A stretch of DNA of 64,000 bases from Armatimonadota bacterium (GTDB lineage Bacteria; Armatimonadota; SYMT01), in NCBI GenBank assembly GCA_041690135.1, contig JAWLHY010000003.1, positions 416,001-480,000 on the forward strand, in the 5' to 3' direction. The translations under genes were made by a program, and so were the position numbers. Below the pieces are notes generated by a model. That model saw nothing but the letters and a program-made list of their open reading frames with translations. It searched no databases and was not told the DNA's origin. Each line of letters opens with the position of its first letter. Within the stretch, counting starts at the first letter, position 1. Of the stretch, positions 28,155 to 36,887 are shown in pieces.

Positions 28155-28871
28155 GTGCCCGAGTCCCTCCACAAACCCCTCCTGCAATTGAGCGGAATCG
28201 GCAAGAGCTACTCCGCCACGGGCGACGCGGCCGAGACGACCGTGCTGCGCGGCCTGGACCTGGAGCTGGCGCCCGGCGAAGCGGTGGTGATCATCGGTCC
28301 TTCCGGCTCCGGTAAGAGCACCCTGCTGAACATCCTGGGCACGCTCGACCGCCCCACCGCGGGGCAGATCCGGCTGGACGGGAAGGACCTCACCGGCCTG
28401 GACGAGAAGGCGCTGGCCGAGCTGCGCAGCCGGGAGATCGGGTTCGTTTTCCAGCTTCACCACCTGCTGCCGCAGTGCACCGTGCTGGAGAATGTGCTGG
28501 TGCCGACCCTCGCCGCCGGCGCGGTCCAGCGGAAGGAAAAGGCGGAAGCGCGGGCGCGACGTCTCCTGGAACGTGTCGGCCTGGGAGAGCGTCTTTCGCA
28601 CCGGCCCGGACAGCTTTCCGGTGGGGAGCGCCAGCGAGTGGCGGTGGTCCGCGCGCTCATCAATGAGCCGAAGCTGGTGCTGGCGGATGAACCCACCGGC
28701 TCTCTCGACCGGGCCTCCGCGGAAGTGCTCGCCGACCTGTTCGTGGCCCTCAACCAGGAGGAGGGGGTCAGCCTGGTGGTGGTGACGCACTCGATGGGCC
28801 TCGCGCGCCGCATGTCCCGCGTGCTCGAACTGCGCGACGGCGCCCTCGTGCCGGCAGAGCTACCGCAATGA
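28155..28871 (+). CDS. ABC transporter ATP-binding protein (LolD/MacB type)
   Basis: GPSGSGKST; IGFVFQ.HHLL; LSGGERQRVA; ADEPTGSLD; VVTH. Start could be 28122. Confidence 0.92.
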   Translation: MPESLHKPLLQLSGIGKSYSATGDAAETTVLRGLDLELAPGEAVVIIGPSGSGKSTLLNILGTLDRPTAGQIRLDGKDLTGLDEKALAELRSREIGFVFQLHHLLPQCTVLENVLVPTLAAGAVQRKEKAEARARRLLERVGLGERLSHRPGQLSGGERQRVAVVRALINEPKLVLADEPTGSLDRASAEVLADLFVALNQEEGVSLVVVTHSMGLARRMSRVLELRDGALVPAELPQ

Positions 28872-31800
28872 CTTTCCGCCAGCTCGTTCTCAGCGGTCTG
28901 CGCTTCCACTGGCGCTCCCACCTCGGGGTGCTGCTGGGCGCCATCCTCAGCACGGCCATCCTGGTCGGCGCGCTGGCGGTGGGGGACTCCGTCCGCTACA
29001 GCCTTCGCCGGATGGCGCTCCTGCGCCTGGGCGATACCCACCTGGCCCTCCACACCCAGGGACGGTTCTTCCGCACGCAACTGGCGGACGAGGTCTCCCA
29101 GGAAGTGGGCGCGCCGGTAGCGCCGCTGCTCATTCTGCGGGGCACGGCTTCCACCAACGGGGGCGAAACCCGGGCGAATCGGGTACAGGTGGTCGGCATC
29201 GACGACCGCTTCTGGAAGCTGGGGGCCACTGCGCCCTTGCTGCCCTCGGAAGGGGAGCCGGGCGTGGTGCTGAACCGGCGCCTCGCCGCGAAGCTGGGTG
29301 TGGAGGTCGGCGGCGAGGTGCTGCTGCGGGTCGACAAGCCGAGCCTGATGTCGCGAGACGCGCCGCTCTCCAGCATCGAGGACGCCACCTTTTCCGTTCA
29401 CCTGCCGGTGGCGGCCATCGCCGGCGACGAGCAGTTCGGGCGCTTCGGCCTGGAAGCGAACCAACTCCCCCCGTTCAACGCCTTCGTGCCCGCAAGTCTC
29501 CTGCAGGAGAACACGGACCTGAAGGGGCGGGTGAATGCGCTACTGGTGGGCCAGGACTCCGCCGGAAAGCTCACGCAGGCGGCGGCGAACGGCGCGCTCG
29601 GGAAGCACTGGAAGCTCGCCGACGCCAGTCTGCAGGTCCGGGAGCTGCCGGGCGCCGTGGAACTCCGGACCGACCGGGTTTTCGTCGACGAGGCGACGTC
29701 CAAGGCGGCTCTCTCGGCTCCCGGGGCGCGGGGCGTGCTCACCTATTTCGTGAACGAGCTGCGGCTGGGGTCGCGCGCGGCTCCGTACTCGATCGTGGCC
29801 GCCATGCAGGGCGGTCCCGTACCGGCCGGCCTTCGGGATAACGAGGTTGTCATCAACGACTGGCTCGCGGAGAACCTCGGGGCGAAGGTGGGGGACGAGC
29901 TCACCGTTACCTACTTCGTGGTCGGCGCGATGCGCCGCCTGGAAGAGCGCAAGACCCCCTTCCGGGTCGCGCGCATCGTCCCGATTGCCGGGGCGGCCGC
30001 GGACCGCGAGTTGATGCCGAACTTCCCTGGGGTGGCCGACAGCGAGAACTGCCGCGACTGGCGGCCCGGCATCCCAATCAACCTCAAGAAGATCCGCGAT
30101 GCGGACGAGACCTACTGGGACGCCCATCGCGGCACGCCCAAGGCGTTCATCACGCTGGCCGCCGGCCAGAAGATGTGGAACAACCGGTTCGGCAATCTCA
30201 CGGCCGTCCGCTACGATCCCCCCGCGCAGTCCCGCGCCTCGGTGGAAACGTCCCTCCGGGAGGCGCTCAATCCCGCCTCCATCGGTCTCTTCTTCCAGCC
30301 GGTCCGCAATCAGGCGCTGCAGGCCAGCTCCCAGGCCCTCGATTTCGGCCAGCTCTTCCTCGGCTTCAGCTTCTTCCTGATCGTGGCCGCCCTGCTGCTC
30401 ACGGCGCTCCTGTTCGCCTTCGGGGTAGAGCAGCGCTCGGAAGAGGTCGGCACCCTCCTCGCCGTGGGCTTCCAGCCGCGCCACGTCCAGCGGATGCTGC
30501 TGCTGGAGGGGGCGTCCCTGGCACTGGTGGCCGGGGGCATCGGCGCGTTCCTGGGAGTCTTCTACACCCAGGCCGTCGTGCAGGGCCTCTCCACCGTCTG
30601 GAGCGATGCGGTCGCCCAGTCCGAGCTCCGCTTCCATGCGGAGCCGCTCACCCTGGCGGGCGGGGCGATCGCCGGGTTCCTCGTGGCGCTCTTCTCCATC
30701 TGGCTGGTGGTCCGCAAGCAGGCCCGGGTCTCCGCGCGCGAACTGCTGGCTGCGGGCGCCGAGTCCGAGGCGCGCCTCTTCGGGGGCGGAGTTCCAACTC
30801 GGAAAGGGCTCCCCGGCGTGAAGACCGCGCTGGTCGGCATCCTCGGAGCGGTCGCCCTGAGTATCGCCGGAATCCTGGGCAGTCACGAGCACGCCGCCGG
30901 AATCTTCTTTGGGGCGGGGGGCCTGCTGCTGATCGGCGGCCTGGGCGCTTGCCGGGCGCTGCTCGCCCGCCTCGAACGGGGCGGACTGCGCGGGCCGCTC
31001 ACCCTCTCCGGGCTGGGCATGCGGAACAGCGTGCGCCGCCGCGGACGCAGCCTGGCCGTCATCAGCCTGCTGGCTTCCGGCAGTTTCCTGGTCGTCTCCA
31101 TCGGCGCCAGCCGCCACGATCCGCACGAGGGGGCGCTCAAGCGCTCTTCCGGGACCGGCGGGTTCGCCCTCTATGCCGAAACCACGCTGCCCGTCCATCA
31201 CGACCTGAACAGCACCGAGGGACAGGACGTGTACGGGCTGGATCCCAAAGAGTTGGGGAACGCGCGCATCCTGCCGCTGCGCCTGCGCGAGGGGGATGAG
31301 GCGAGCTGCCTTAACCTGAACCGCGCCCAGACCCCGCGAGTGCTGGGGGTGCAGCCGGCGGTCTTTGCCCAGGCCCACGCCTTCACCTTCACCAGCCTCA
31401 TCGACAAAGACGCCGCGCGCGATCCGTGGAGCGTGCTCACGCGTCCGGACCCCAGCGGCGCCGTGCCCGCGGTGGGGGACATGAACACCGTCGTCTGGGG
31501 CCTGGGGAAGGGAGTCGGCGCGACGCTCCCGATGACCGATGAAAGCGGCCGCCCCTTCGAGATCCGCATCGTCGGCATCCTGGCGAACTCCGTCCTCCAG
31601 GGGAGCCTGCTGATTGCGGAAGACCGCTTCATCGAGCGGTTCCCTTCCCAGAGCGGCTACCAGGTGTTCCTGATCGATCCGCCCGCCGCCGGCAGCAACG
31701 TGGAAGTGAAGGCCGTGGCGGAAGAGCTCTCTCGCAGCCTGGAAGACGCCGGGATGGACGTCACCCCCACGCCGGAGCGCCTGGCGGCCTTCAACTCCGT

Positions 31801-32188
31801 GGAGAACACCTATCTCTCCATCTTCGCGATCCTGGGCGGCCTGGGGATGATCCTCGGCAGCATCGGCCTTGGCGTGGTGGTCCTCCGCCACGTGCTGGAG
31901 CGCCGCGGCGAGTTGGGCCTTCTCCGGGCCGTAGGGTTCCGGTCGCAGGCTCTCCAGTGGCTCGTCTTCAGCGAGCACTCCCTGCTGCTGGTCCTCGGGT
32001 TGCTGGTGGGCATCGTGGCCGCCGTGGTGGCCGTGCTGCCGTCCCTCCTCTCCCCCGGCGCGGAGGTCCCCTACGCCTCGCTGGCAGTCACCCTCGCCGC
32101 GGTTTTCCTCAGCGGCTTTCTCTGGACCTGGGCCGCGACGGCTCTCGCCCTTCGGAGCCCGGTGATGGCTGCCTTAAGGAACGAATAG
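28868..32188 (+). CDS. Large duplicated FtsX/MacB-type ABC transporter permease
   Basis: 1106 aa with two periplasmic plus TM repeats; EQR..EVGTLLAVGF and ERRGELGLLRAVGF; ends AALRNE. Confidence 0.88.
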   Translation: MTFRQLVLSGLRFHWRSHLGVLLGAILSTAILVGALAVGDSVRYSLRRMALLRLGDTHLALHTQGRFFRTQLADEVSQEVGAPVAPLLILRGTASTNGGETRANRVQVVGIDDRFWKLGATAPLLPSEGEPGVVLNRRLAAKLGVEVGGEVLLRVDKPSLMSRDAPLSSIEDATFSVHLPVAAIAGDEQFGRFGLEANQLPPFNAFVPASLLQENTDLKGRVNALLVGQDSAGKLTQAAANGALGKHWKLADASLQVRELPGAVELRTDRVFVDEATSKAALSAPGARGVLTYFVNELRLGSRAAPYSIVAAMQGGPVPAGLRDNEVVINDWLAENLGAKVGDELTVTYFVVGAMRRLEERKTPFRVARIVPIAGAAADRELMPNFPGVADSENCRDWRPGIPINLKKIRDADETYWDAHRGTPKAFITLAAGQKMWNNRFGNLTAVRYDPPAQSRASVETSLREALNPASIGLFFQPVRNQALQASSQALDFGQLFLGFSFFLIVAALLLTALLFAFGVEQRSEEVGTLLAVGFQPRHVQRMLLLEGASLALVAGGIGAFLGVFYTQAVVQGLSTVWSDAVAQSELRFHAEPLTLAGGAIAGFLVALFSIWLVVRKQARVSARELLAAGAESEARLFGGGVPTRKGLPGVKTALVGILGAVALSIAGILGSHEHAAGIFFGAGGLLLIGGLGACRALLARLERGGLRGPLTLSGLGMRNSVRRRGRSLAVISLLASGSFLVVSIGASRHDPHEGALKRSSGTGGFALYAETTLPVHHDLNSTEGQDVYGLDPKELGNARILPLRLREGDEASCLNLNRAQTPRVLGVQPAVFAQAHAFTFTSLIDKDAARDPWSVLTRPDPSGAVPAVGDMNTVVWGLGKGVGATLPMTDESGRPFEIRIVGILANSVLQGSLLIAEDRFIERFPSQSGYQVFLIDPPAAGSNVEVKAVAEELSRSLEDAGMDVTPTPERLAAFNSVENTYLSIFAILGGLGMILGSIGLGVVVLRHVLERRGELGLLRAVGFRSQALQWLVFSEHSLLLVLGLLVGIVAAVVAVLPSLLSPGAEVPYASLAVTLAAVFLSGFLWTWAATALALRSPVMAALRNE

Positions 32189-32277
32189 TCGCCCCAATGC
32201 GGAGCGCCATCCTCGCAGGAGGATGGCGCTCCTGGGCGATCTGGAATTCGGATTCCGGGCAGGTTCAACTGCGGCTC

Positions 32278-32325
32278 GGCGAGTAAACTCACGCCTACAA
32301 ACTGCGAAGCCTGCCTTCGCAGGCT
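32278..32325. repeat. REP-like palindrome
   Basis: GGCGAGTAAACTCACGCCTACAAAC followed by the AGCCTGC-CTTC-GCAGGCT hairpin. Confidence 0.7.
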
Positions 32326-32464
32326 AGTCGCGGCAGGCGATAATCAGATCTCCCCTTCACGATTTCTTAGAAATCCCCGCGTATTCTATGGACGTGAAGA
32401 CCGGAGCGAGATTTCCCGCCCCGGTCCGGAACCCATCCCAATCACGATCCACAGGAGTTACGAT

Positions 32465-32959
32465 ATGTTGAAGTCCAAGTCCGTCCGCCTGGCCGCAGTG
32501 GCTCTCGGTGCAGCTCTCCTGGCCGCCCCGCACTTCGCGTCGGCCCAGGCTACCGACAAGACGGCCGCCAAGTGCGGAAACTGCGTCGCCGGCAAGAACG
32601 TGGCGCAGGGCGAGCAGGGCGCCCGCGGCAAGATGGGCCGCCGCCACCGTGGCATGAACGCCGAGGCCCGCCTGGACCGGATGGCCAAGTTCCTGAACCT
32701 GACGGACGACCAGAAGGCGAAGCTGAAGCCGATGATGGAGCAGCACGGGCAGGAAGCCCGCGCCATCTTCCAGGACCAGGCGCTGACCCGGGAGCAGAAG
32801 CGCGAAAAGCTCTCCACCCTGCGCAAGGCCCAGCACGAAGCGGTGAGCGCGGTGCTGACCCCCGAGCAGAAGGAAAAGATGGCCGCCGCCCGCGAGCAGA
32901 TGAAGCAGCGGTTCCAGAACCGCCGCCAGGGTGCCGGGACGGCGAAGGACAAAGTCTAA
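32465..32959 (+). CDS. Spy/CpxP-like periplasmic protein (LTXXQ motif)
   Basis: Signal peptide; LNLTDDQK, LTREQK and VLTPEQK motifs; AGGAG Shine-Dalgarno. Confidence 0.8.
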   Translation: MLKSKSVRLAAVALGAALLAAPHFASAQATDKTAAKCGNCVAGKNVAQGEQGARGKMGRRHRGMNAEARLDRMAKFLNLTDDQKAKLKPMMEQHGQEARAIFQDQALTREQKREKLSTLRKAQHEAVSAVLTPEQKEKMAAAREQMKQRFQNRRQGAGTAKDKV

Positions 32960-33032
32960 CCAGCTTTTGGTTGGATAGCGGTGGGGCGAGCGGGTGCGGC
33001 GGCACCCGCTCGCCTTTTCTGGATGAACCCGA

Positions 33033-33812
33033 TCACCCCCTCAAACCGTGCTCGCGCAGAAGCGCATCCGCCCAGGCCGCCTCGGCGGGAGAAAGGCGCG
33101 GTTCGGGGTCCTCGCTGTAATCCACTTTGTAGAGATAGCCGCCGCCTTCGAAGACGCGGTCGAAGACTGCTGCAAGTTGAAGCACCACCTCCGGATCGTC
33201 GCGGCGCAAGGGGACGGGTATGTTGGGTAATGGATCGCGAAGATCAAGGCTGATCAGCCCGAAATCCTGGCTGCCGGCCCGATGGAGTGTGACCCGGTAG
33301 GCGGAAGGCCTGCACCGGTCCGCAGGTACGGCTACCGTGTGCCGCCCGCCGCGCAGGAGGTCGATTTCAATCAGGTTGGTCCGGCTGTGGAGATATTCGC
33401 GCTGCTTCCAGCGGTAGTCTTCGTAGCCGCCGCTCTTGTTCCAGGGACTGAGGATCTCGATCGCGGTCACGATCTCGTGGCTGATAGCATCGCGGATGGT
33501 CACAAACCGCTCCGGCGAACTGAGCTCCGGTATCGAGATGATTTCGGGAGGTGTGACCTGCTCTGTCGAGGGACGAACCGCTACGGCCGTGTTTCCAGCA
33601 GGTTGCCGAGAGGGATCCCGGACGCCCACATCCGGCTCCACTCCACCTTCGTGGAATCCGAGGAGAACTCGTTCTTCAGAACTCGCTACATACCGCGGCA
33701 CAATCTGAGGCTGGAGATCCTTGCAGATTTCGACCACCAGGTGGGTGTGGACCGTGTGCCAGAGATGACCGGCTTCAAGATAGGGGTCCATGCCGGGGAA
33801 GGGGCTGCGCAT
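33033..33812 (-). CDS. DUF4058 family protein (PD-(D/E)XK-like)
   Basis: MRSPFPGMDPYLE; PDV; IEILSP.NK; EIDLLRGG; LRDPLP.IPVPL. Confidence 0.88.
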   Translation of the reverse strand: MRSPFPGMDPYLEAGHLWHTVHTHLVVEICKDLQPQIVPRYVASSEERVLLGFHEGGVEPDVGVRDPSRQPAGNTAVAVRPSTEQVTPPEIISIPELSSPERFVTIRDAISHEIVTAIEILSPWNKSGGYEDYRWKQREYLHSRTNLIEIDLLRGGRHTVAVPADRCRPSAYRVTLHRAGSQDFGLISLDLRDPLPNIPVPLRRDDPEVVLQLAAVFDRVFEGGGYLYKVDYSEDPEPRLSPAEAAWADALLREHGLRG

Positions 33813-33908
33813 CGAGGGTTCTCCGGGTACTGCGGCGGCTCACAATGATCGTACCGCACCCGCTAGAGCTGGTCAACGCTCCCGTTCCGGTCTGGGTAGG
33901 ATGAGAGC

Positions 33909-34595
33909 ATGAAGATTCTACTAATCGAGGACGATGAGGTGATCTCGGAGTTGCTCCGCGAGGGACTGGAAGGGGCGCACTACGCGGTGGACGTGGCCAT
34001 GGACGGCTCCACCGGCCTGGACCTGGCCCTCCGGAACGATTACTCCCTCGTCATCCTCGACCTGATGCTGCCGGGCCGCGATGGCTGGAGCGTGTGCGAG
34101 ACCCTGCGACGACGCCGCAGCACCGTGCCCATCCTCATGCTCACCGCCCGCGACGCGCTGGACGACCGGGTCCGTGGCCTGGAGTTGGGGGCGGACGATT
34201 ACCTTACGAAACCCTTCGAATTCCGGGAGCTACTGGCCCGGGTGCGCGCCCACCTCCGGCGGGAACGGGTGCACCGGACCCGCGTGATCCGCATCGAGGA
34301 TCTGGAGATCGACACCGGCGCCCGTGCCGTGAGCCGCGCGGGGAAGGAGATCCATCTCACCCCGCGCGAATACGCCCTGCTGGAGGCGCTGGCCGCGAAC
34401 GAGGGCCGCACCCTCACCCGCGAGGAGATCCAGGAGCGGGTGTGGCACGACGAGGACAGCTACTCCAACACCGTCAGCGTCCATATCACCTCGCTGCGGA
34501 AGAAGATCGACTCCGGTTTTCCGGTCCGCCTGATCCACACCATTCACGGGGTCGGCTACACCCTGCGCGCTCGCGTGGAGGGAGAAGCGCCATGA
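33909..34595 (+). CDS. OmpR-family response regulator
   Basis: IEDD; LDLMLPG.DG; LTAR; GADDYLTKPF; winged-helix C-terminus LIHT..GVGY. Confidence 0.95.
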   Translation: MKILLIEDDEVISELLREGLEGAHYAVDVAMDGSTGLDLALRNDYSLVILDLMLPGRDGWSVCETLRRRRSTVPILMLTARDALDDRVRGLELGADDYLTKPFEFRELLARVRAHLRRERVHRTRVIRIEDLEIDTGARAVSRAGKEIHLTPREYALLEALAANEGRTLTREEIQERVWHDEDSYSNTVSVHITSLRKKIDSGFPVRLIHTIHGVGYTLRARVEGEAP

Positions 34596-36046
34596 GGTGG
34601 CGGTCGTTCCGCGTGCGACTCACCCTCTGGAATGCCGGGGTCCTGGCGCTGGCGTTGACCCTCTTCGGCATGGTGCTGGTCTACAGCATGCAGGTCAGCA
34701 TGCTCCAGGTGATCGACACGGAACTCGCCGACCGCGCCGCGCGCTACGCCTCCGGGCGGCCGTTCCGGTTCCGCGGCTTCGCGGATGGGCCTCGTCGCGG
34801 GTTCCGCGGTGACTCTCCCCGTGCCGAGGCTAATGAAGAATCCGAACCCGACCTCGAACGCCTGATGGCGCTCCGCCGCCCTCGTTTTGTCGGCCCCGCG
34901 GGGCAGAGCCTCCGAACCGGGGGTGAGGACGCCTGGGACCCGGCCGCCGCCCGGGCCGCCTATGCGGGCGAGCGTCGCTACTCCATTGTCCGGTGGGAAG
35001 GGGAGCGGCTGCGCGTGCTGTCCGTCCCGCTCCGCCGCGGGAACGAGACCGTCGGAGTGGTCCAGGTCGCCCGCAGTCTTCAGGAGTTCGACGGCCAGCG
35101 CCGGCGGCAGCTCGCGCTGCTCCTGCTGCTGCTGCCGGTCGCGCTGTCCGTCGCCGTGCTGGGCGGTTGGCACCAGGCGAACCGCGCACTGCACCCCGTC
35201 CGCCGGGTCACGCAGGCGGCGGAGCAGATCAGCGCCGAGGACCTCTCCCAGCGCCTGGAGGTTTCCGGCGACGATGAGCTGGCGCGGCTGGCGCGGACCT
35301 TCAACGGCATGATCGCGCGTCTCGATGCCGCCTTCCGGGGCCGGGAAGAAGCGTACCGCCGGCTGGAGGCGGCTTACGAACAGCAGCGCCGCTTTACCTC
35401 CGATGCCTCGCACGAGTTGCGGACCCCGCTCACCCGCATCAAGACCAGCACCAGCATGGCTCTCAGCGAGGAGCGGTCCGCCCCCGAGTACCGCAAGGCC
35501 CTGGTGATTGCCGACCGCGCCGCCAACGGGATGCAGCGGATCATCGAGGATCTGCTGCTGCTCGCCCGCTCCGACGCGGGCCGCCTCGCTCTCCGGCTGG
35601 AAACGCGCGACATGGCCGAGGTGGTCCGGTATGCCCTGGCCCAACTCCCGGAAGACGCCGCCGGGCGGATCACTCTCGACCTGCCGGAGGAGCCACTCCC
35701 CGTGCGCGCCGATGTGCCGCACCTCGCGCGCGTTTTCGTCAACCTGCTGGAGAACGCCCTCCACTATACCCCTGCGGAAGGCGAGATCCGTCTTACCGCC
35801 CACCGCCGCGACGGCCTGGTGCGGGTCACCGTCTCCGACACCGGCTGCGGCATCGCGCCGGAGCACCTCCCGCACCTCTTCGAGCGCTTCTACCGCGTGG
35901 ACGCCGCCCGCAACCGCCGCGAAGGGGGTACCGGCCTTGGTCTCGCCATCAGCAAGAGCCTGGTGGAGGCCCATGGCGGCATCCTCACGGCCGACAGCGA
36001 GCCCGGCCGCGGCGCCACCTTCACCGTCTCCCTGCCTCTGGTGTAG
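34592..36046 (+). CDS. HAMP-domain sensor histidine kinase
   Basis: Two TM helices, [15 protein letters not shown]-box, NLLENA, DTGCGI, GTGLGL; ATGA overlap with the regulator. Confidence 0.93.
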   Translation: MRWRSFRVRLTLWNAGVLALALTLFGMVLVYSMQVSMLQVIDTELADRAARYASGRPFRFRGFADGPRRGFRGDSPRAEANEESEPDLERLMALRRPRFVGPAGQSLRTGGEDAWDPAAARAAYAGERRYSIVRWEGERLRVLSVPLRRGNETVGVVQVARSLQEFDGQRRRQLALLLLLLPVALSVAVLGGWHQANRALHPVRRVTQAAEQISAEDLSQRLEVSGDDELARLARTFNGMIARLDAAFRGREEAYRRLEAAYEQQRRFTSDASHELRTPLTRIKTSTSMALSEERSAPEYRKALVIADRAANGMQRIIEDLLLLARSDAGRLALRLETRDMAEVVRYALAQLPEDAAGRITLDLPEEPLPVRADVPHLARVFVNLLENALHYTPAEGEIRLTAHRRDGLVRVTVSDTGCGIAPEHLPHLFERFYRVDAARNRREGGTGLGLAISKSLVEAHGGILTADSEPGRGATFTVSLPLV

Positions 36047-36078
36047 CAGAGATGGTCGAATAACAGGCAATTACAATC

Positions 36079-36809
36079 GTCTCTGCGAGGAGGGGTAAAA
36101 CCCAGCCGACTTCACAGACCCTATGCTGCCACATTGCCGAAGCGCAGCGAGCCTGAACCTGCACCCGGCACCCGACGTGGCAGGCCCCCTGGTCAGGGCA
36201 GTCGTCGTTACACAGCAGTGGTAACCTCCTGCCAAACCGTGGCAACGTTCGGGACCAGAGCGTTGCCGGTTGGAGACAGCAGCCTGTTGGTGCGGGATCC
36301 AGGCCTCGCATCCACATACCAGGGGGATTGCCCTAGCTTCGCCGGCTAAACTGACGACCGACGATGCGGCGGACCACGGGCGGGTATTACCGTTCGGCAC
36401 GCTTGCAGCATCGCTCAGTGGCCGGCGTGGTCGGTCTCGCTATCACAGGAAAGCCTTTAAGGGGTCAGTGCAAGCAACTGAGCAGGTACGGTTTCCCAGA
36501 GGGAGGCCGCGCAAGCGCCGTCACTCCCGGCAAGCCTCGCAGAGCCGTGTGGAAAAACAGTTTCGTGGCGAGTGGCCAGCAACTGCTCAGTTCCTTCCCG
36601 CAACCCTGAGTCCCGAACGCTGCCAGGGTTTGGCAGCAGGCTACCCTATGCTACGCCGGGCAAACTCGCTTCCGTGTAAGGACAACTCCCCTGACCAGGG
36701 GGCCTGCCGCGTCGGGTATAGAGGTGTGACTTCAGAGCGGCTGTGCTTCGGCAGTGCGGCGGAGGGGTGTCGGGGAAGACGGTTGGCTCCTACCCCTCCT
36801 CGCAGAGAC
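36079..36809. mobile_element. 731-bp non-coding element with ~200-bp imperfect inverted arms (MITE/REPIN-like)
   Basis: Perfect 19-bp termini GTCTCTGCGAGGAGGGGTA (36079-36097) and TACCCCTCCTCGCAGAGAC (36791-36809); arm homology continues inward (TGCCGAAGC.CAG; CCCGACG.GGCAGGCCCCCTGGTCAGGG; CTGCCAAACC.TGGCA.CGTTCGGGA). Mobility is inferred, not shown. Confidence 0.65.
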
Positions 36810-36887
36810 AGCTAAAAACATCACAGTTAGAGTAGGTCGGGCCTCCTGACCAACACACGGTCCGTACCGGCGCAGAGACGCTCATGT

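Noticed and set aside
29540-31978. 812-aa minus-strand ORF, and similar long antisense ORFs at 3528-5039, 26742-28790, 34556-36070 and 59797-61686
   Set aside because: They lie antisense to well-supported genes and have no motifs. Such shadow ORFs are expected in high-GC3 DNA.
34094-34591. N-terminal extension making the kinase 650 aa
   Set aside because: It overlaps the response regulator out of frame. The real start is ATG 34592 (ATGA coupling).
36270-36815. 181-aa ORF inside the fold-back element as a possible transposase
   Set aside because: It has no DDE/HUH/recombinase motifs and non-coding-like composition, and it runs through the repeat arm.
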